64,000 nucleotides of DNA from Candidatus Binatia bacterium (GCA_963666315.2 CAXXHG010000047.1:64001-128000); one strand, 5' to 3'. Shown: positions 1 to 9,632, counted from the stretch's first letter. Notes: generated by a model not told the origin, from the letters alone. Made by a program: numbers and translations.

Positions 1-2232
1 ACGCGTCCGATTCGACATGACGGCGTTGATAAGGTCACGGGTCGCGCGCAGTACGGGGCCGACATCGATCTGGCCGGCCTCCTGCACGGTAAAACTCTGC
101 GCAGCTCACATGCCCACGCCAATATTAAATCAATCGATACCTCAGCCGCAGAGGCGCTGTCTGGAGTGAAGGCGGTCATTACTGCTCAGGATTTTCCGAA
201 TATCGAACCGGGCATGGCCCAAATGGGTGAGCTGCCGGTCAACCCGCAACATATGTCTTTGAACTGCATCGCCCGGGACAAGGTCCTGTACGACGGCCAT
301 GTTGTGGCTGCGGTTGTGGCGACGAGCCCACATATTGCTGAGGAAGCACTCAAACTGATCAAGGTTGACTATGAGGTGCTGCCTCATGTGCAGAACGTTA
401 TGGACGCCATGAATGATGATGCCCCCATCCTCTTACCTGGATTAGGAAAAGGGGACGATGGGGAGCCGAAAGACACCAATGTTGCCAACCATGTGCAGTT
501 CGAACGGGGCGATATTGCTGCCGGGTTTGCGGCGGCTGAGGTCATAGTTGAGCGCGAATTTGATACCTCCATGGTCCACCAGGGCTATATCGAGCCCCAT
601 AACTCGGTGGCCCAATACAGTTCGGACGGGCAAAGCACGATTTGGGTGAGCACCCAGGGCGCGTTCACGGCCCGGGATCAAACAGCCATGGTTCTTGACA
701 TGCCAGCCAGCAAAATTAAGGTCGTTCCGGCGGAAATCGGTGGTGGTTTTGGCGGCAAGATTCCCATCTACTTTGAACCTATTTCCCTGATACTATCCAA
801 AAAAACAGGCAAGCCGGTCAAGATGGTCATGAGCCGGGCTGAGGTGCTCAAAGCCACCGGGCCGACTCCGGGTTCACATATCAGGGTGAAGATGGGCGCG
901 GATAAGGACGGAAAGATCACGGCTGCCGAAGTCTGGATGGCGTATGAAGCGGGTGGATTCCCTGGCTCCCCGGTTGGCGCGGGATGTATGACGATTATCA
1001 CCCCGTATGACATTGAGAACCTCAAAATCGATGGCTATGACGTGTTGGTCAACAAGCCCAAAACAGCAGCCTACAGGGCTCCAGGGTCAACAAATGCAGC
1101 CATGGGCTCAGAGACCGTTATCGATGAGCTAGCCGAAAAGCTGGGGATAGATCCGCTTGAATTCCGGCGCATCAATGGGGCCAAAGAGGGCACGGCCCAA
1201 GCGGCCGGCCCAAAATTTGGACGGATCGGCTATCTCGAAACGGTTGAGGCGGCCAAGACCAGTGACCACTTTAAGTCCGAGTTGCCCCAAGTCGAAGGCC
1301 GGCGGGTTGGTCGTGGTGTGGCATCGGGTTTTTGGTTCAACGCAGGTTTTCAGTCCAGCGCGACTGTGGCGATTAATAGTGACGGTACGGCCAATGTGGT
1401 AACCGGTTCGATCGATATTGGTGGCACGCGGGCGTCGTGCGCCATGATTGCGGCTGAGGTTTTGGGTCTGACCGCAGAAGAAGTGCACCCCGTTGTGGCG
1501 GATACCGAGTCCATTGGTCATACCGATATGACCGGTGGCAGCCGGGTGACCTTTGCCACCGGGACTGCGGTATACGATGCGGCTCAGGATGTGCTCAGTC
1601 AGCTGAAAGAGCGTGCTGCGAAATCTTGGAAGGTCGAAACTGATCAAGTCACGTTTCAAGATGGCGTGTTCACCTGTACCACGAACGGCAACGAGTCCAT
1701 GACCCTCAAAGAACTCTCGGGCAAACTGCCGCGTACGGGTGGGCCGGTCATGGGCCGGGCGTCGGTCAACCCGCGTGGCGTTGGTCCTGCCTTTGCCACC
1801 CATGTGGTGGACGTCGCGGTTGATGAAGAGACCGGCAAGGTCGATATTCTTCGCTATACGGCGGTCCAGGATGTCGGTACTGCTATTCATCCGAGTTATG
1901 TTGAAGGCCAGATGCAGGGTGGTGTGGCCCAAGGCATCGGCTGGGCGCTCAACGAAGAATACGTCTACGGTGATGACGGCAGGCTGCAGAACGCGGGTTT
2001 TCTGGACTATCGGATGCCGACTTGCCTGGACCTGCCCATGATCGAAACCGTGCTGGTCGAGGTTCCTAACCCGGGCCATCCGGTCGGCGTGCGTGGTGTG
2101 GGCGAGGTGCCTATCATCCCACCGCCCGCAGCTATCGCCAACGCGATCTACAGCGCGACCGGGGTCCGTATGGCCGATCTGCCGATGTCGCCGCCCCGGC
2201 TGTGCAAGGCGATCTTGGAGAAAAACGGATAA
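1..2232 (+). CDS. Xanthine dehydrogenase family molybdopterin-binding (large) subunit, 5' end outside the window
   Basis: Frame is open from base 1 (TRPIRHDGVDKVTGRAQYGADI, matching the N-terminus of the paralog at 2621). Motifs HQGYIEPH, IGGGFGGK, AYRAPG, QMQGGVAQGIG and RGVGE. Confidence 0.93.
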   Translation, partial: TRPIRHDGVDKVTGRAQYGADIDLAGLLHGKTLRSSHAHANIKSIDTSAAEALSGVKAVITAQDFPNIEPGMAQMGELPVNPQHMSLNCIARDKVLYDGHVVAAVVATSPHIAEEALKLIKVDYEVLPHVQNVMDAMNDDAPILLPGLGKGDDGEPKDTNVANHVQFERGDIAAGFAAAEVIVEREFDTSMVHQGYIEPHNSVAQYSSDGQSTIWVSTQGAFTARDQTAMVLDMPASKIKVVPAEIGGGFGGKIPIYFEPISLILSKKTGKPVKMVMSRAEVLKATGPTPGSHIRVKMGADKDGKITAAEVWMAYEAGGFPGSPVGAGCMTIITPYDIENLKIDGYDVLVNKPKTAAYRAPGSTNAAMGSETVIDELAEKLGIDPLEFRRINGAKEGTAQAAGPKFGRIGYLETVEAAKTSDHFKSELPQVEGRRVGRGVASGFWFNAGFQSSATVAINSDGTANVVTGSIDIGGTRASCAMIAAEVLGLTAEEVHPVVADTESIGHTDMTGGSRVTFATGTAVYDAAQDVLSQLKERAAKSWKVETDQVTFQDGVFTCTTNGNESMTLKELSGKLPRTGGPVMGRASVNPRGVGPAFATHVVDVAVDEETGKVDILRYTAVQDVGTAIHPSYVEGQMQGGVAQGIGWALNEEYVYGDDGRLQNAGFLDYRMPTCLDLPMIETVLVEVPNPGHPVGVRGVGEVPIIPPPAAIANAIYSATGVRMADLPMSPPRLCKAILEKNG

Positions 2233-2239
2233 ACACTCT

Positions 2240-2267
2240 GTAGGAGCAATGCATGCATTGCTCCTAC
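2240..2267. repeat. Perfect 28-bp GTAG-bounded palindrome (REP-like)
   Basis: GTAGGAGCAATGCATGCATTGCTCCTAC is its own reverse complement; intergenic. Confidence 0.8.
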
Positions 2268-2281
2268 TCCACACAGTATCC

Positions 2282-2545
2282 ATGACAACTGTCTTTATTC
2301 CCTCACTCCTGCGCAAACTGACCGGTGGAAAAGACCGGACAACTGCGCGCGGGGCAACGGTGAGAGAAATTATTGAAGACCTCGAACGCCAGTTCCCTGG
2401 GTTTCGTGACCGCGTGATCGAGAACGGTGACCTGACCGGCTCCATTGCTGTATCCGTCAACGGAGAAATTAGTGCCGAAGGGCTACACGAGGCGGTCCCG
2501 GATGAAAGCGAAATCCATTTTGTGCCGGCCATCGGGGGCGGATGA
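2282..2545 (+). CDS. MoaD/ThiS family sulfur-carrier protein
   Basis: 87 aa, MTTVFIPSLLRKLTGG...EIHFVPAIGGG, with the C-terminal Gly-Gly of ubiquitin-like carriers. Start reassigned to the ATG at 2282. Confidence 0.9.
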   Translation: MTTVFIPSLLRKLTGGKDRTTARGATVREIIEDLERQFPGFRDRVIENGDLTGSIAVSVNGEISAEGLHEAVPDESEIHFVPAIGGG

Positions 2546-2568
2546 ATACGACGTAAAGACGACGGTTG

Positions 2569-2604
2569 AACGGGGAAGGGTAGACAGTGCTCTTCCCCGT
2601 TTTT
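2569..2604 (+). terminator. Putative intrinsic terminator
   Basis: Stem AACGGGGAAG / CTTCCCCGTT followed by a T-run, downstream of the MoaD-like gene. Confidence 0.55.
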
Positions 2605-2620
2605 GTGTAGGGGAGGAAGT

Positions 2621-4903
2621 ATGGAGTCGGACCAAAAGCATCAATTCAAAGTGATCGGAACCCGTCCGATTCGGCATGACGGCGTTGATAAAGTTACGGG
2701 CAGAGCCAGATATGGCGCAGATATCACGCTCCCCGGTCTGTTGCACGGAAAAGTGTTACGCAGTCCCCACGCGCACGCGCATATCAAATCTATTGATACA
2801 TCTGCGGCTGAAGCCCTGCCTGGCGTCAAAGTTGTCATTACGGGAGCCGACTTCCCCGATATCGCACCTGGCATGCTGCAAATAGGCGAGAATTTTGTCA
2901 ATCCGCGCCACTTAGCGTTTAATATCATGGCCCGAGACAAGGTCTTATACGATGGACATGCGGTCGCAGCAGTCGCGGCAACGAACCCGCATATTGCCGA
3001 GGAGGCACTGAAGCGCATTGAGGTGGAGTATGAACCACTGCCCTTTGTGCAAAACGTGCTTGAGGCCATGCAGGACGATGCGGTTATCCTGCATGCCGAC
3101 TTACGGACAGGCGGAATCGATACAGGCAAGGACAAAGAGACTAATGTCGCGCATCACGTCCAGTTTTCTCGGGGTGAGCTCGAAGCCGGCTTTGCTGCAG
3201 CTGGGGTCGTAATAGAGCGCACGTTCAATACGACGATGGTTCATCAGGGCTATATCGAGCCGCATAATGCGGTTGCCCAGTACAATCAAGACGGTCGAGC
3301 CACGGTCTGGGTCAGTACCCAGGGGCCGTTTGCCGTGCGCGAATTGTGCGCCACGATGCTCCACATGAAGCCGGGCGATATCAAAGTCGAGCCGGCTGAG
3401 ATTGGCGGTGGCTTTGGTGGCAAGACGACTGTCTATTTAGAACCCTTGGCGCTGCTCATGGCCAAGATAACAGGTCGTCCGGTCAAAATGGTTATGTCCC
3501 GAAGTGAAGTCCTGCGCGCCACTGGTCCAACGCCGGGATCGCATATTCGGGTCAAAATCGGGGCGAACACCGCTGGTAAAATCACCGCTGCTGAACTGCA
3601 GCTGTCGTTTGAGGCCGGCGCGTTTCCCGGTTCGCCTGTTGCCGCTGGCTGTATGACCGTCCTTGCTCCGTACGACTTAGAAAACTTCCAGGTCGACGGC
3701 TATGATGTTGTTCTCAACAAGCCGAAGACGTGTGCCTACCGTGCGCCTGGCGCTACGAATCCGGCTATGGCGGCGGAAACCGTAATTGATGAGATCGCGG
3801 AAAAGCTCAATATTGATCCGCTGGAATTTCGGCGTATTAATGGAGCACGAGAAGGAACGTCTCAACCTGCAGGGCCCAAATTCAAACGGATCGGCTATCT
3901 CGAAACCATCGACGCAATCGAGAACAGCGCTCACTATCAGTCGCCGGTGCCACGGGCCGAAAACGGGAAACTCCGCGGTCGGGGGGTCGCGTCAGGCTTT
4001 TGGTTTAATGCCGCATTTCAGTCCAGTGCGACGGTGAGTATTAACACCGATGGAACGGCCAACGTTGTCACTGGCTCGCCCGATATTGGCGGCAGTCGTG
4101 TCTCGTGTGCCATGATTGCGGCGGAGGTATTGGGACTGACGGCAGAAGAAATCCATCCCGTTGTTGCGGATACGGAATCTATCGGTCATACGGATACGAC
4201 GGGCGGCAGCCGGGTGACATTTGCGACCGGCTGGGCGGTATATCAAGCCGCCCAAGATGCCATCGAGCAACTCAAGCAGCGGGCGGCGACCATGTGGAAG
4301 GTCAAACCCGAAGAGGTTGTGTATCAAGATGGGAGGCTGTCGTGTACGAGTAACGGGCATGAATCCATGGGCTTAAAAGAGCTCGCGCCAAAGTTCCCAC
4401 GAGCCGGAGGGCCCGTCATGGGCCGGGCGTCCGTCCGTCCGCGTGGTGTTGGTCCGGCCTTTGCCGCGCACGTCGTGGATGTGGAAGTCGATCCCGAAAC
4501 CGGGAAAGTGGACATCCTGCGCTATACCGCGGCGCAAGATGTCGGCAAAGCCGTTCACCCTAGCTATGTCGAAGGCCAGATTCAGGGTGGTGTGGCCCAA
4601 GGCGTCGGCTGGGCGCTGAATGAAGAGTATTACTACGCCGAAGACGGCACGCTGCGCAACACGGGTTTTCTGGATTACCGTATGCCGACGTGTCTTGATC
4701 TGCCTATGATCGAAACCATCTTGGTTGAAGTCGCTAACCCAGGTCATCCGTTCGGGATTCGTGGTGTAGGCGAAGTACCGATCATCCCACCGCCGGCGGC
4801 GATTGCAAACGCGATCTACAGCGCGACCGGGGTACGCATGACCGAACTCCCCATGTCACCCGCCAAAGTGGCCAAAGCGATTCTGGACAAGAATGCGAGG
4901 TAG
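2621..4903 (+). CDS. Xanthine dehydrogenase family molybdopterin-binding subunit (tandem paralog)
   Basis: GGGAGG RBS before the ATG at 2621. Same motifs as 1..2232 (AYRAPG, IGGGFGGK, RGVGE) and colinear with it. Confidence 0.93.
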   Translation: MESDQKHQFKVIGTRPIRHDGVDKVTGRARYGADITLPGLLHGKVLRSPHAHAHIKSIDTSAAEALPGVKVVITGADFPDIAPGMLQIGENFVNPRHLAFNIMARDKVLYDGHAVAAVAATNPHIAEEALKRIEVEYEPLPFVQNVLEAMQDDAVILHADLRTGGIDTGKDKETNVAHHVQFSRGELEAGFAAAGVVIERTFNTTMVHQGYIEPHNAVAQYNQDGRATVWVSTQGPFAVRELCATMLHMKPGDIKVEPAEIGGGFGGKTTVYLEPLALLMAKITGRPVKMVMSRSEVLRATGPTPGSHIRVKIGANTAGKITAAELQLSFEAGAFPGSPVAAGCMTVLAPYDLENFQVDGYDVVLNKPKTCAYRAPGATNPAMAAETVIDEIAEKLNIDPLEFRRINGAREGTSQPAGPKFKRIGYLETIDAIENSAHYQSPVPRAENGKLRGRGVASGFWFNAAFQSSATVSINTDGTANVVTGSPDIGGSRVSCAMIAAEVLGLTAEEIHPVVADTESIGHTDTTGGSRVTFATGWAVYQAAQDAIEQLKQRAATMWKVKPEEVVYQDGRLSCTSNGHESMGLKELAPKFPRAGGPVMGRASVRPRGVGPAFAAHVVDVEVDPETGKVDILRYTAAQDVGKAVHPSYVEGQIQGGVAQGVGWALNEEYYYAEDGTLRNTGFLDYRMPTCLDLPMIETILVEVANPGHPFGIRGVGEVPIIPPPAAIANAIYSATGVRMTELPMSPAKVAKAILDKNAR

Positions 4904-4914
4904 AGAAGATGACC

Positions 4915-5172
4915 GTAGGGACGAGGTTCCCTCGTACTTGTCCCAATTTGAGTGGAATGAGCTGTCTGAGGAGGAACGGAGTGGCAGCGCCAGCGAGCTT
5001 CTCCCCTCTTGGGAGGGGTGCAGCGTAGCGGCGGGGTGGGTTTCGGGCCGGTCCGGGAACCCACCCCGGCCGCCGACCTGTAGTTGGACGGCCACCCCTC
5101 CAAGGAGGGGACAGAACGCTGAGTAACCCGACTAAGGCTTAAGTTGTGACTGATGGGTGACCTCGCCCCTAC
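4915..5172. repeat. Composite intergenic repeat: inverted GTAG REP-like ends enclosing a CCCCTC..GAGGGG hairpin repeat
   Basis: GTAGGGACGAGGTTCCCTCGTAC at 4915 and an inverse GGGTGACCTCGCCCCTAC ending at 5172. The inner CCCCTCTTGGGAGGGGTG...GGGGTGGGTT element resembles 30364-30420 and 50989-51030. Confidence 0.65.
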
Positions 5173-5193
5173 ATATGTCTTGATTGAAAAATA

Positions 5194-6027
5194 ATGCCCC
5201 GACCCCATTCCCACTTTGTCACCATCAACGATCTACGTCTGCACTACCTCGATTGGGGTACGGCGGGAAAACCCGCATTGATTCTGTGTCACGGTGGCTC
5301 GGCCTATGCCCGCTGGTGGGATTTTATTGCTCCCGTCTTTGCCGAGGAATTTCACGTCTTCACTCCGGATTGGCGCGGCCACGGTGAGAGTCAACATGCA
5401 AAACCGCCGGCCTATAGCACGCGGCATTACATTGACGATCTGCATCAACTCGTCAGCCATCTTGGTATCGAACATCCCATCCTCCTCGGGCACTCAATGG
5501 GCGGGCATAATGCGCTTATTTATGCCACGCAACATGCTGAGGAACTCAGCGCCTTGATCTTGGTTGATATCGAACCAGGCTATCCTGAGGCCGCCGTCAC
5601 ATTGCTGCATCGAATGGGTGAAAAGCCGGCCAAGGTGTTTGACTCTTTTCAGGAGGCCATAGCCCGTTTTCGCGTATTTCCCCGTGCGTCTTTAGTCTCG
5701 GTTGATAAGCTGCGCTATCTCGCCTCTTTTGCTTTTAAGGAGCTGCCTGACGGGAAATGGACGTCTAAATTTGATCGGCGCACACTCTTTCGGGAGCCTA
5801 TAAACGGCTGGCCTTTGTTGGCTCGTATTCGCTGCCCCACACTCATTGTGAAGGCCGCGTACAGCCCGGTACTCACCCCACAAAAACTGGAGCGCATGTG
5901 CGCGGGCTTACCCAATAGTCGCTGGGCCGAGGTGCCTGACACATATCATCATGTGATGCTGGATAATCCGGACGGGTTTATCGAGATCGTACAGAGATTT
6001 CTGCGCGATCTGCATCATCATGCGTAA
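5194..6027 (+). CDS. Alpha/beta fold hydrolase
   Basis: LHYLDWG, ILCHGG, DWRGHGES, nucleophile elbow GHSMGG and C-terminal His (YHHVMLDNP). Confidence 0.9.
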   Translation: MPRPHSHFVTINDLRLHYLDWGTAGKPALILCHGGSAYARWWDFIAPVFAEEFHVFTPDWRGHGESQHAKPPAYSTRHYIDDLHQLVSHLGIEHPILLGHSMGGHNALIYATQHAEELSALILVDIEPGYPEAAVTLLHRMGEKPAKVFDSFQEAIARFRVFPRASLVSVDKLRYLASFAFKELPDGKWTSKFDRRTLFREPINGWPLLARIRCPTLIVKAAYSPVLTPQKLERMCAGLPNSRWAEVPDTYHHVMLDNPDGFIEIVQRFLRDLHHHA

Positions 6028-6203
6028 GGCATAATGCGCAAGAAAAAAAGCATGCTGCTGCGTACGCAGTGATTTCTCTGTAGAAAAAACGACCCCTCTG
6101 ACAGATCCACCTGCGCCACTTTTTTGCGGCGGTTCTAGGCCGGCTACTTTTAGCGTAACGGAGGCCCATCTGGATCCGAAGACGGACCACTCGGGCGAGA
6201 CTC

Positions 6204-6527
6204 TCACGCTTTTTCTGCGCTCTCTTCGGCTTCCCACTTATCCGCCTGGCCCTTTTCCAATCGGGCGCGCTCAAACCGCTGCCGATGGACTTCCCGCCAG
6301 TGAAAGGATTGGGGTGGCTGGAGCTGGCGTTCAAGACTCTGAATCAGTGACTCTTTGCGGTCTGAACGACCAAAGCAGTGCTCGCCCAGCCACATCTCCC
6401 AACCGGGCCGCTTTTTCCCGTCAGGGCCGGTAATATTACAGCGGACAAAGTGGGGTTTTTGCGCGACTGTGGGTTTTGGGATAAGCGCATCTTCGGTTTC
6501 TTCAGGCGTTTTCTTGAGCTGCTGCAT
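6204..6527 (-). CDS. Hypothetical protein (107 aa)
   Basis: GGGAGG RBS before the ATG at 6527; directly downstream of the Nudix gene on the same strand. Confidence 0.6.
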   Translation of the reverse strand: MQQLKKTPEETEDALIPKPTVAQKPHFVRCNITGPDGKKRPGWEMWLGEHCFGRSDRKESLIQSLERQLQPPQSFHWREVHRQRFERARLEKGQADKWEAEESAEKA

Positions 6528-6541
6528 CACACGTCCTCCCC

Positions 6542-7135
6542 TCACGACTCGTTAATGAGTTCCAGAAATCCCCGCAGCATGCGGTAAGTGAGGCCCCAGA
6601 TAGTTTTTCCTCCATAGAGCAAGGCTGGGACTTGAATCGTCGATCCGTCCGGAAGATCCCGTTTCACGATCCGTTCAACATCTTCTTGCTGCATAAACGA
6701 CAGCGGCACCCAAATAATGTCCTGTACCTCAACCGGATCAGGGATAGGTCTTGCTTCCCCAGACACGAGATAGACAAAAGGGGCAACGACCATGCCCGTA
6801 TTTTTCCCACGAGCCGTGGCTTGCACCTCGGCAAGACGACCGAGGTATTCGGCCTGAGCATTGAGATTGATGCCGACTTCTTCGTGTGTCTCCCGTTCGA
6901 TTGTGACGAGCAGGTCAGGATCCTCGGGTTCATGCCGGCCGCCCGGAAAGGCCATGTGCCCCGACCACGGGTCTTGTGGATGGTGGGCGCGATGGATGAA
7001 GAGAACGTGCAAGTCCTCGGGCTGTGGTTGTAGGAGCAGCGCGACTGCGGCGCGCATGGGTGATTCAATATCAATGGGAGCTGGGCTGTGGTGGGAAAGC
7101 CGATCACGGATATGCAGGATTTTATTGTCGATCAT
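6542..7135 (-). CDS. Nudix hydrolase, CoA pyrophosphatase type
   Basis: HPQDPWSGHMAFPGG motif, Nudix box GG..E..D.....IERETHEEVG and C-terminal IWGLT. Confidence 0.88.
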   Translation of the reverse strand: MIDNKILHIRDRLSHHSPAPIDIESPMRAAVALLLQPQPEDLHVLFIHRAHHPQDPWSGHMAFPGGRHEPEDPDLLVTIERETHEEVGINLNAQAEYLGRLAEVQATARGKNTGMVVAPFVYLVSGEARPIPDPVEVQDIIWVPLSFMQQEDVERIVKRDLPDGSTIQVPALLYGGKTIWGLTYRMLRGFLELINES

Positions 7136-7317
7136 AGTACGGGTTAGGTCCTACTATAGCCCAATTCCCGAGGCAGAGGAATCCTGTTTTTCTCATCTTT
7201 CCCATCAACGCGGCAGGCTCACGCGGGAAAAAGGGAAGCGCGAAAAATAGCCCGACAGGAGGGTGAACTACACGGAGTGGGAGACTTAGGGAGATGACAG
7301 AACGTGGAGTTACAACG

Positions 7318-7554
7318 TCACTGACGCGAAGTTTCTTCTTGGTTCGCCTCTTTAACGGCGTCGAGAACAGCGTTGGCCTGTTGGACATAGATTTGGACTT
7401 CGAGGATCTGATTCAGCAGGCGGCCGATATATGCCCGGGCCTCTTCGGTTTGGGGGCCCAGTCCTTTGACGAGCTGTGTGGCCGAACCAATCCCCTCGGT
7501 TGCCTGGGTAACGGCATTTTCTATTTCTCCGAAGGATTCTGAATCAATAATCAT
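7318..7554 (-). CDS. Small helical hypothetical protein (78 aa)
   Basis: MIIDSESFGEIENAVTQATEG...; GGAGAGGG RBS before the ATG at 7554; amphipathic helical pattern. Confidence 0.55.
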   Translation of the reverse strand: MIIDSESFGEIENAVTQATEGIGSATQLVKGLGPQTEEARAYIGRLLNQILEVQIYVQQANAVLDAVKEANQEETSRQ

Positions 7555-7855
7555 TCTGTCCCTCTCCGACCGCCTCCACCTCGCACCTCCCTCAGTCGAT
7601 CTATATTTCCCGCAATAGTGTATAGAGAGAACTCCCCCTCCGTCAATCCGGCATGCATCCGGTAAGAACAACCCGCCGGCCACATCCGAACAAAGGGGAA
7701 AATGTATTCGACCGACATATTTGATTTTGCCCAGTGTCAATATTCTGACCCTAAGGAAAAAAATTCGACTCCTCAAGGAACCCCGATTTTGTCCGGCTTT
7801 TTTCTTAAAGGAATGAATTCTCTTATTTCCATTTTTTGAGATAGTCGGTGCAAAT

Positions 7856-7872
7856 TCGGCACGCATATTGCT
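7856..7872 (+). promoter_or_regulatory. Sigma-54 (-24/-12) promoter
   Basis: TCGGCACGCATATTGCT has GG-N10-GC and matches TGGCACG-N4-TTGCW closely. It lies 37 nt before the 7909 ATG, after an AT-rich tract. Confidence 0.7.
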
Positions 7873-7908
7873 TCTTCTCCTAATTGATTTCTAAGTGGAG
7901 GGATAGCA

Positions 7909-8127
7909 ATGGTTGATCGCTCTCGTACCGGAGCACGGTGTTATACCCTACGACGGATCAATTCGGTGAAAGGGCTCTTACCCCGTGAGACCTATGGAAC
8001 GTTGCGTTACGAGGAAGAAAACTTAGGCCGCCGCCTCGTGTTCGTAGATTGGGATAACGGCATGAACGTGCCTGTCTTTCCTGATGAAGTGGAAATTCTT
8101 GAAACCGAGACTGCCACGACTGCATAA
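7909..8127 (+). CDS. Small hypothetical protein (72 aa), possibly an SH3-like beta barrel
   Basis: GGAGGG RBS; pattern GTLRYEEENLGRRLVFVDWDNGMNVPVFPDEVEIL. Confidence 0.7.
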   Translation: MVDRSRTGARCYTLRRINSVKGLLPRETYGTLRYEEENLGRRLVFVDWDNGMNVPVFPDEVEILETETATTA

Positions 8128-8256
8128 AATGTCTGTGCAGGTCCTTTGGACTATCCTTATTTTTCAAGCACGTGCTTGATGCTGTACAATGCCCCACGGG
8201 CTGAGCACGTGCTACTCGGATACACGGACGCTGCACGACAAACCTGGAGGCGAACA

Positions 8257-8472
8257 ATGCAAGTCCCAGACGAACAAGACCGGGTGACCTGTCCAGACAG
8301 CCATACAGACAAACCCTGGAGGCCGGAGAAAGTCTTTGAGGCACGTGGGCCAAATGGAAAGAGCCAGCGCCAGGGCATTCTCGGTAAACACCGCCACGGT
8401 TTTCTTGGCCAAGAATGTCCTTGGTCCGGTCCATCTGTTCCTGTCACACGTATTGACAAAAAAGAGTCCTAG
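8257..8472 (+). CDS. Small Cys/His-containing hypothetical protein (71 aa)
   Basis: GGAGG RBS 6 nt before the ATG at 8257; TCPDSH...LGKH...ECPWSG motif. Confidence 0.45.
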   Translation: MQVPDEQDRVTCPDSHTDKPWRPEKVFEARGPNGKSQRQGILGKHRHGFLGQECPWSGPSVPVTRIDKKES

Positions 8473-8476
8473 TCGA

Positions 8477-9469
8477 TTAGGGAGCACATGCCTGGACTGC
8501 TTCCAGGACATGTTGTTTCCCCGTAGGCCCTTCACTCACCGGAAAAATAACCGGATGCCCTATGCCTGACTGGCGATAGGCTTCCACACGCTCTCGGCAT
8601 TCAGCCGGCGTCCCAGCAATACTGAGGGTCTCAATCAGTACATCCGGGACAAGCTGGACAGCCTTTTCTTTATCACCCTGCTTCCAGGCTTCCCGAATCG
8701 CACGCGCTTCGTCCGAAAATCCTTGCTCCGCCATTGAGCGATTATAGCGAGGAAAGAATCCGCCGTAGAAAGCGATCAGAGGGCGTATGCGCGCCATTGC
8801 TGCCTTACGGTCTTGGGCAATACTCATAGGCAGAAGCAAGACAATGTCGATATCTTCTACACGGCGTCCCGCTCGCTTGGCGCCGATCGCGAGGTTTTCG
8901 GCTGCGCGTCTGCCTGCTTCAGGCGCACTCCAGACCAGAATGGTCCCCTGTGCGATCTCACCGCAGGTTTGCAGCATCTGTGGAAAAACGGCCGAAAGAT
9001 AGATCGGAATCTCTTTGCGGGCAGGTTGAAACCAGAGGTCGAAATGTTCAATCGTCAGGACTTCTCCCTGGTACGATACCTCCCCTTCGCGCAGCAGCGT
9101 GCGGATAATTGCAACGGTTTCCCGCATGCGCTGTACGGGCTGACCATAGGGAATGCTATGTTCAGGTTCAACCTGGACTTTGTGGCTCGAGCCTAGACCC
9201 AAAATGAAACGCTGCTGAGAATAATAATCAACACACGCGGCTGCCATGGCAATCGTGGGCGCACTGCGCACGAAAATGCTGCTAATACTGGTCCCGAGTA
9301 GAATGCGATGTGTTGCCAAAGCGCACGCTGTTAGGATAGAGAATTGATCTCCGCCGTGGCCTTCCGCAAACCAGGCAGATTCATAACCCAGGTCTTCCGC
9401 ATGTTTGACACAGTCAACAATATCTGTTGGAGACATACCACCAGCCAGAGCGAGACCAATACGAGCCAT
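8477..9469 (-). CDS. LLM-class (luciferase-like) flavin/F420-dependent oxidoreductase
   Basis: AEDLGYESAWFAE, RILLGTSI, RFILGLGSSH and AGTPAEC motifs. Confidence 0.88.
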   Translation of the reverse strand: MARIGLALAGGMSPTDIVDCVKHAEDLGYESAWFAEGHGGDQFSILTACALATHRILLGTSISSIFVRSAPTIAMAAACVDYYSQQRFILGLGSSHKVQVEPEHSIPYGQPVQRMRETVAIIRTLLREGEVSYQGEVLTIEHFDLWFQPARKEIPIYLSAVFPQMLQTCGEIAQGTILVWSAPEAGRRAAENLAIGAKRAGRRVEDIDIVLLLPMSIAQDRKAAMARIRPLIAFYGGFFPRYNRSMAEQGFSDEARAIREAWKQGDKEKAVQLVPDVLIETLSIAGTPAECRERVEAYRQSGIGHPVIFPVSEGPTGKQHVLEAVQACAP

Positions 9470-9632
9470 ATTTGTTCTCCTTTATAACGTAGAAATATGA
9501 GGCAAGGCATTCTCGACTGGATCTACGCCAGCGTCAAGTCAGCGAGCTAAGAGAGAGGACTGCAGATGTCTGGACTTCCTTCAAGATGGGCAGCAAGATA
9601 GGGAACTCTCATATTTCGCTACAAGGAAGAAT

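Noticed and set aside
1129-2532. 467-aa antisense ORF
   Set aside because: Shadow of the XDH and MoaD-like genes; long antisense frames are expected at this GC content and it has no motifs.
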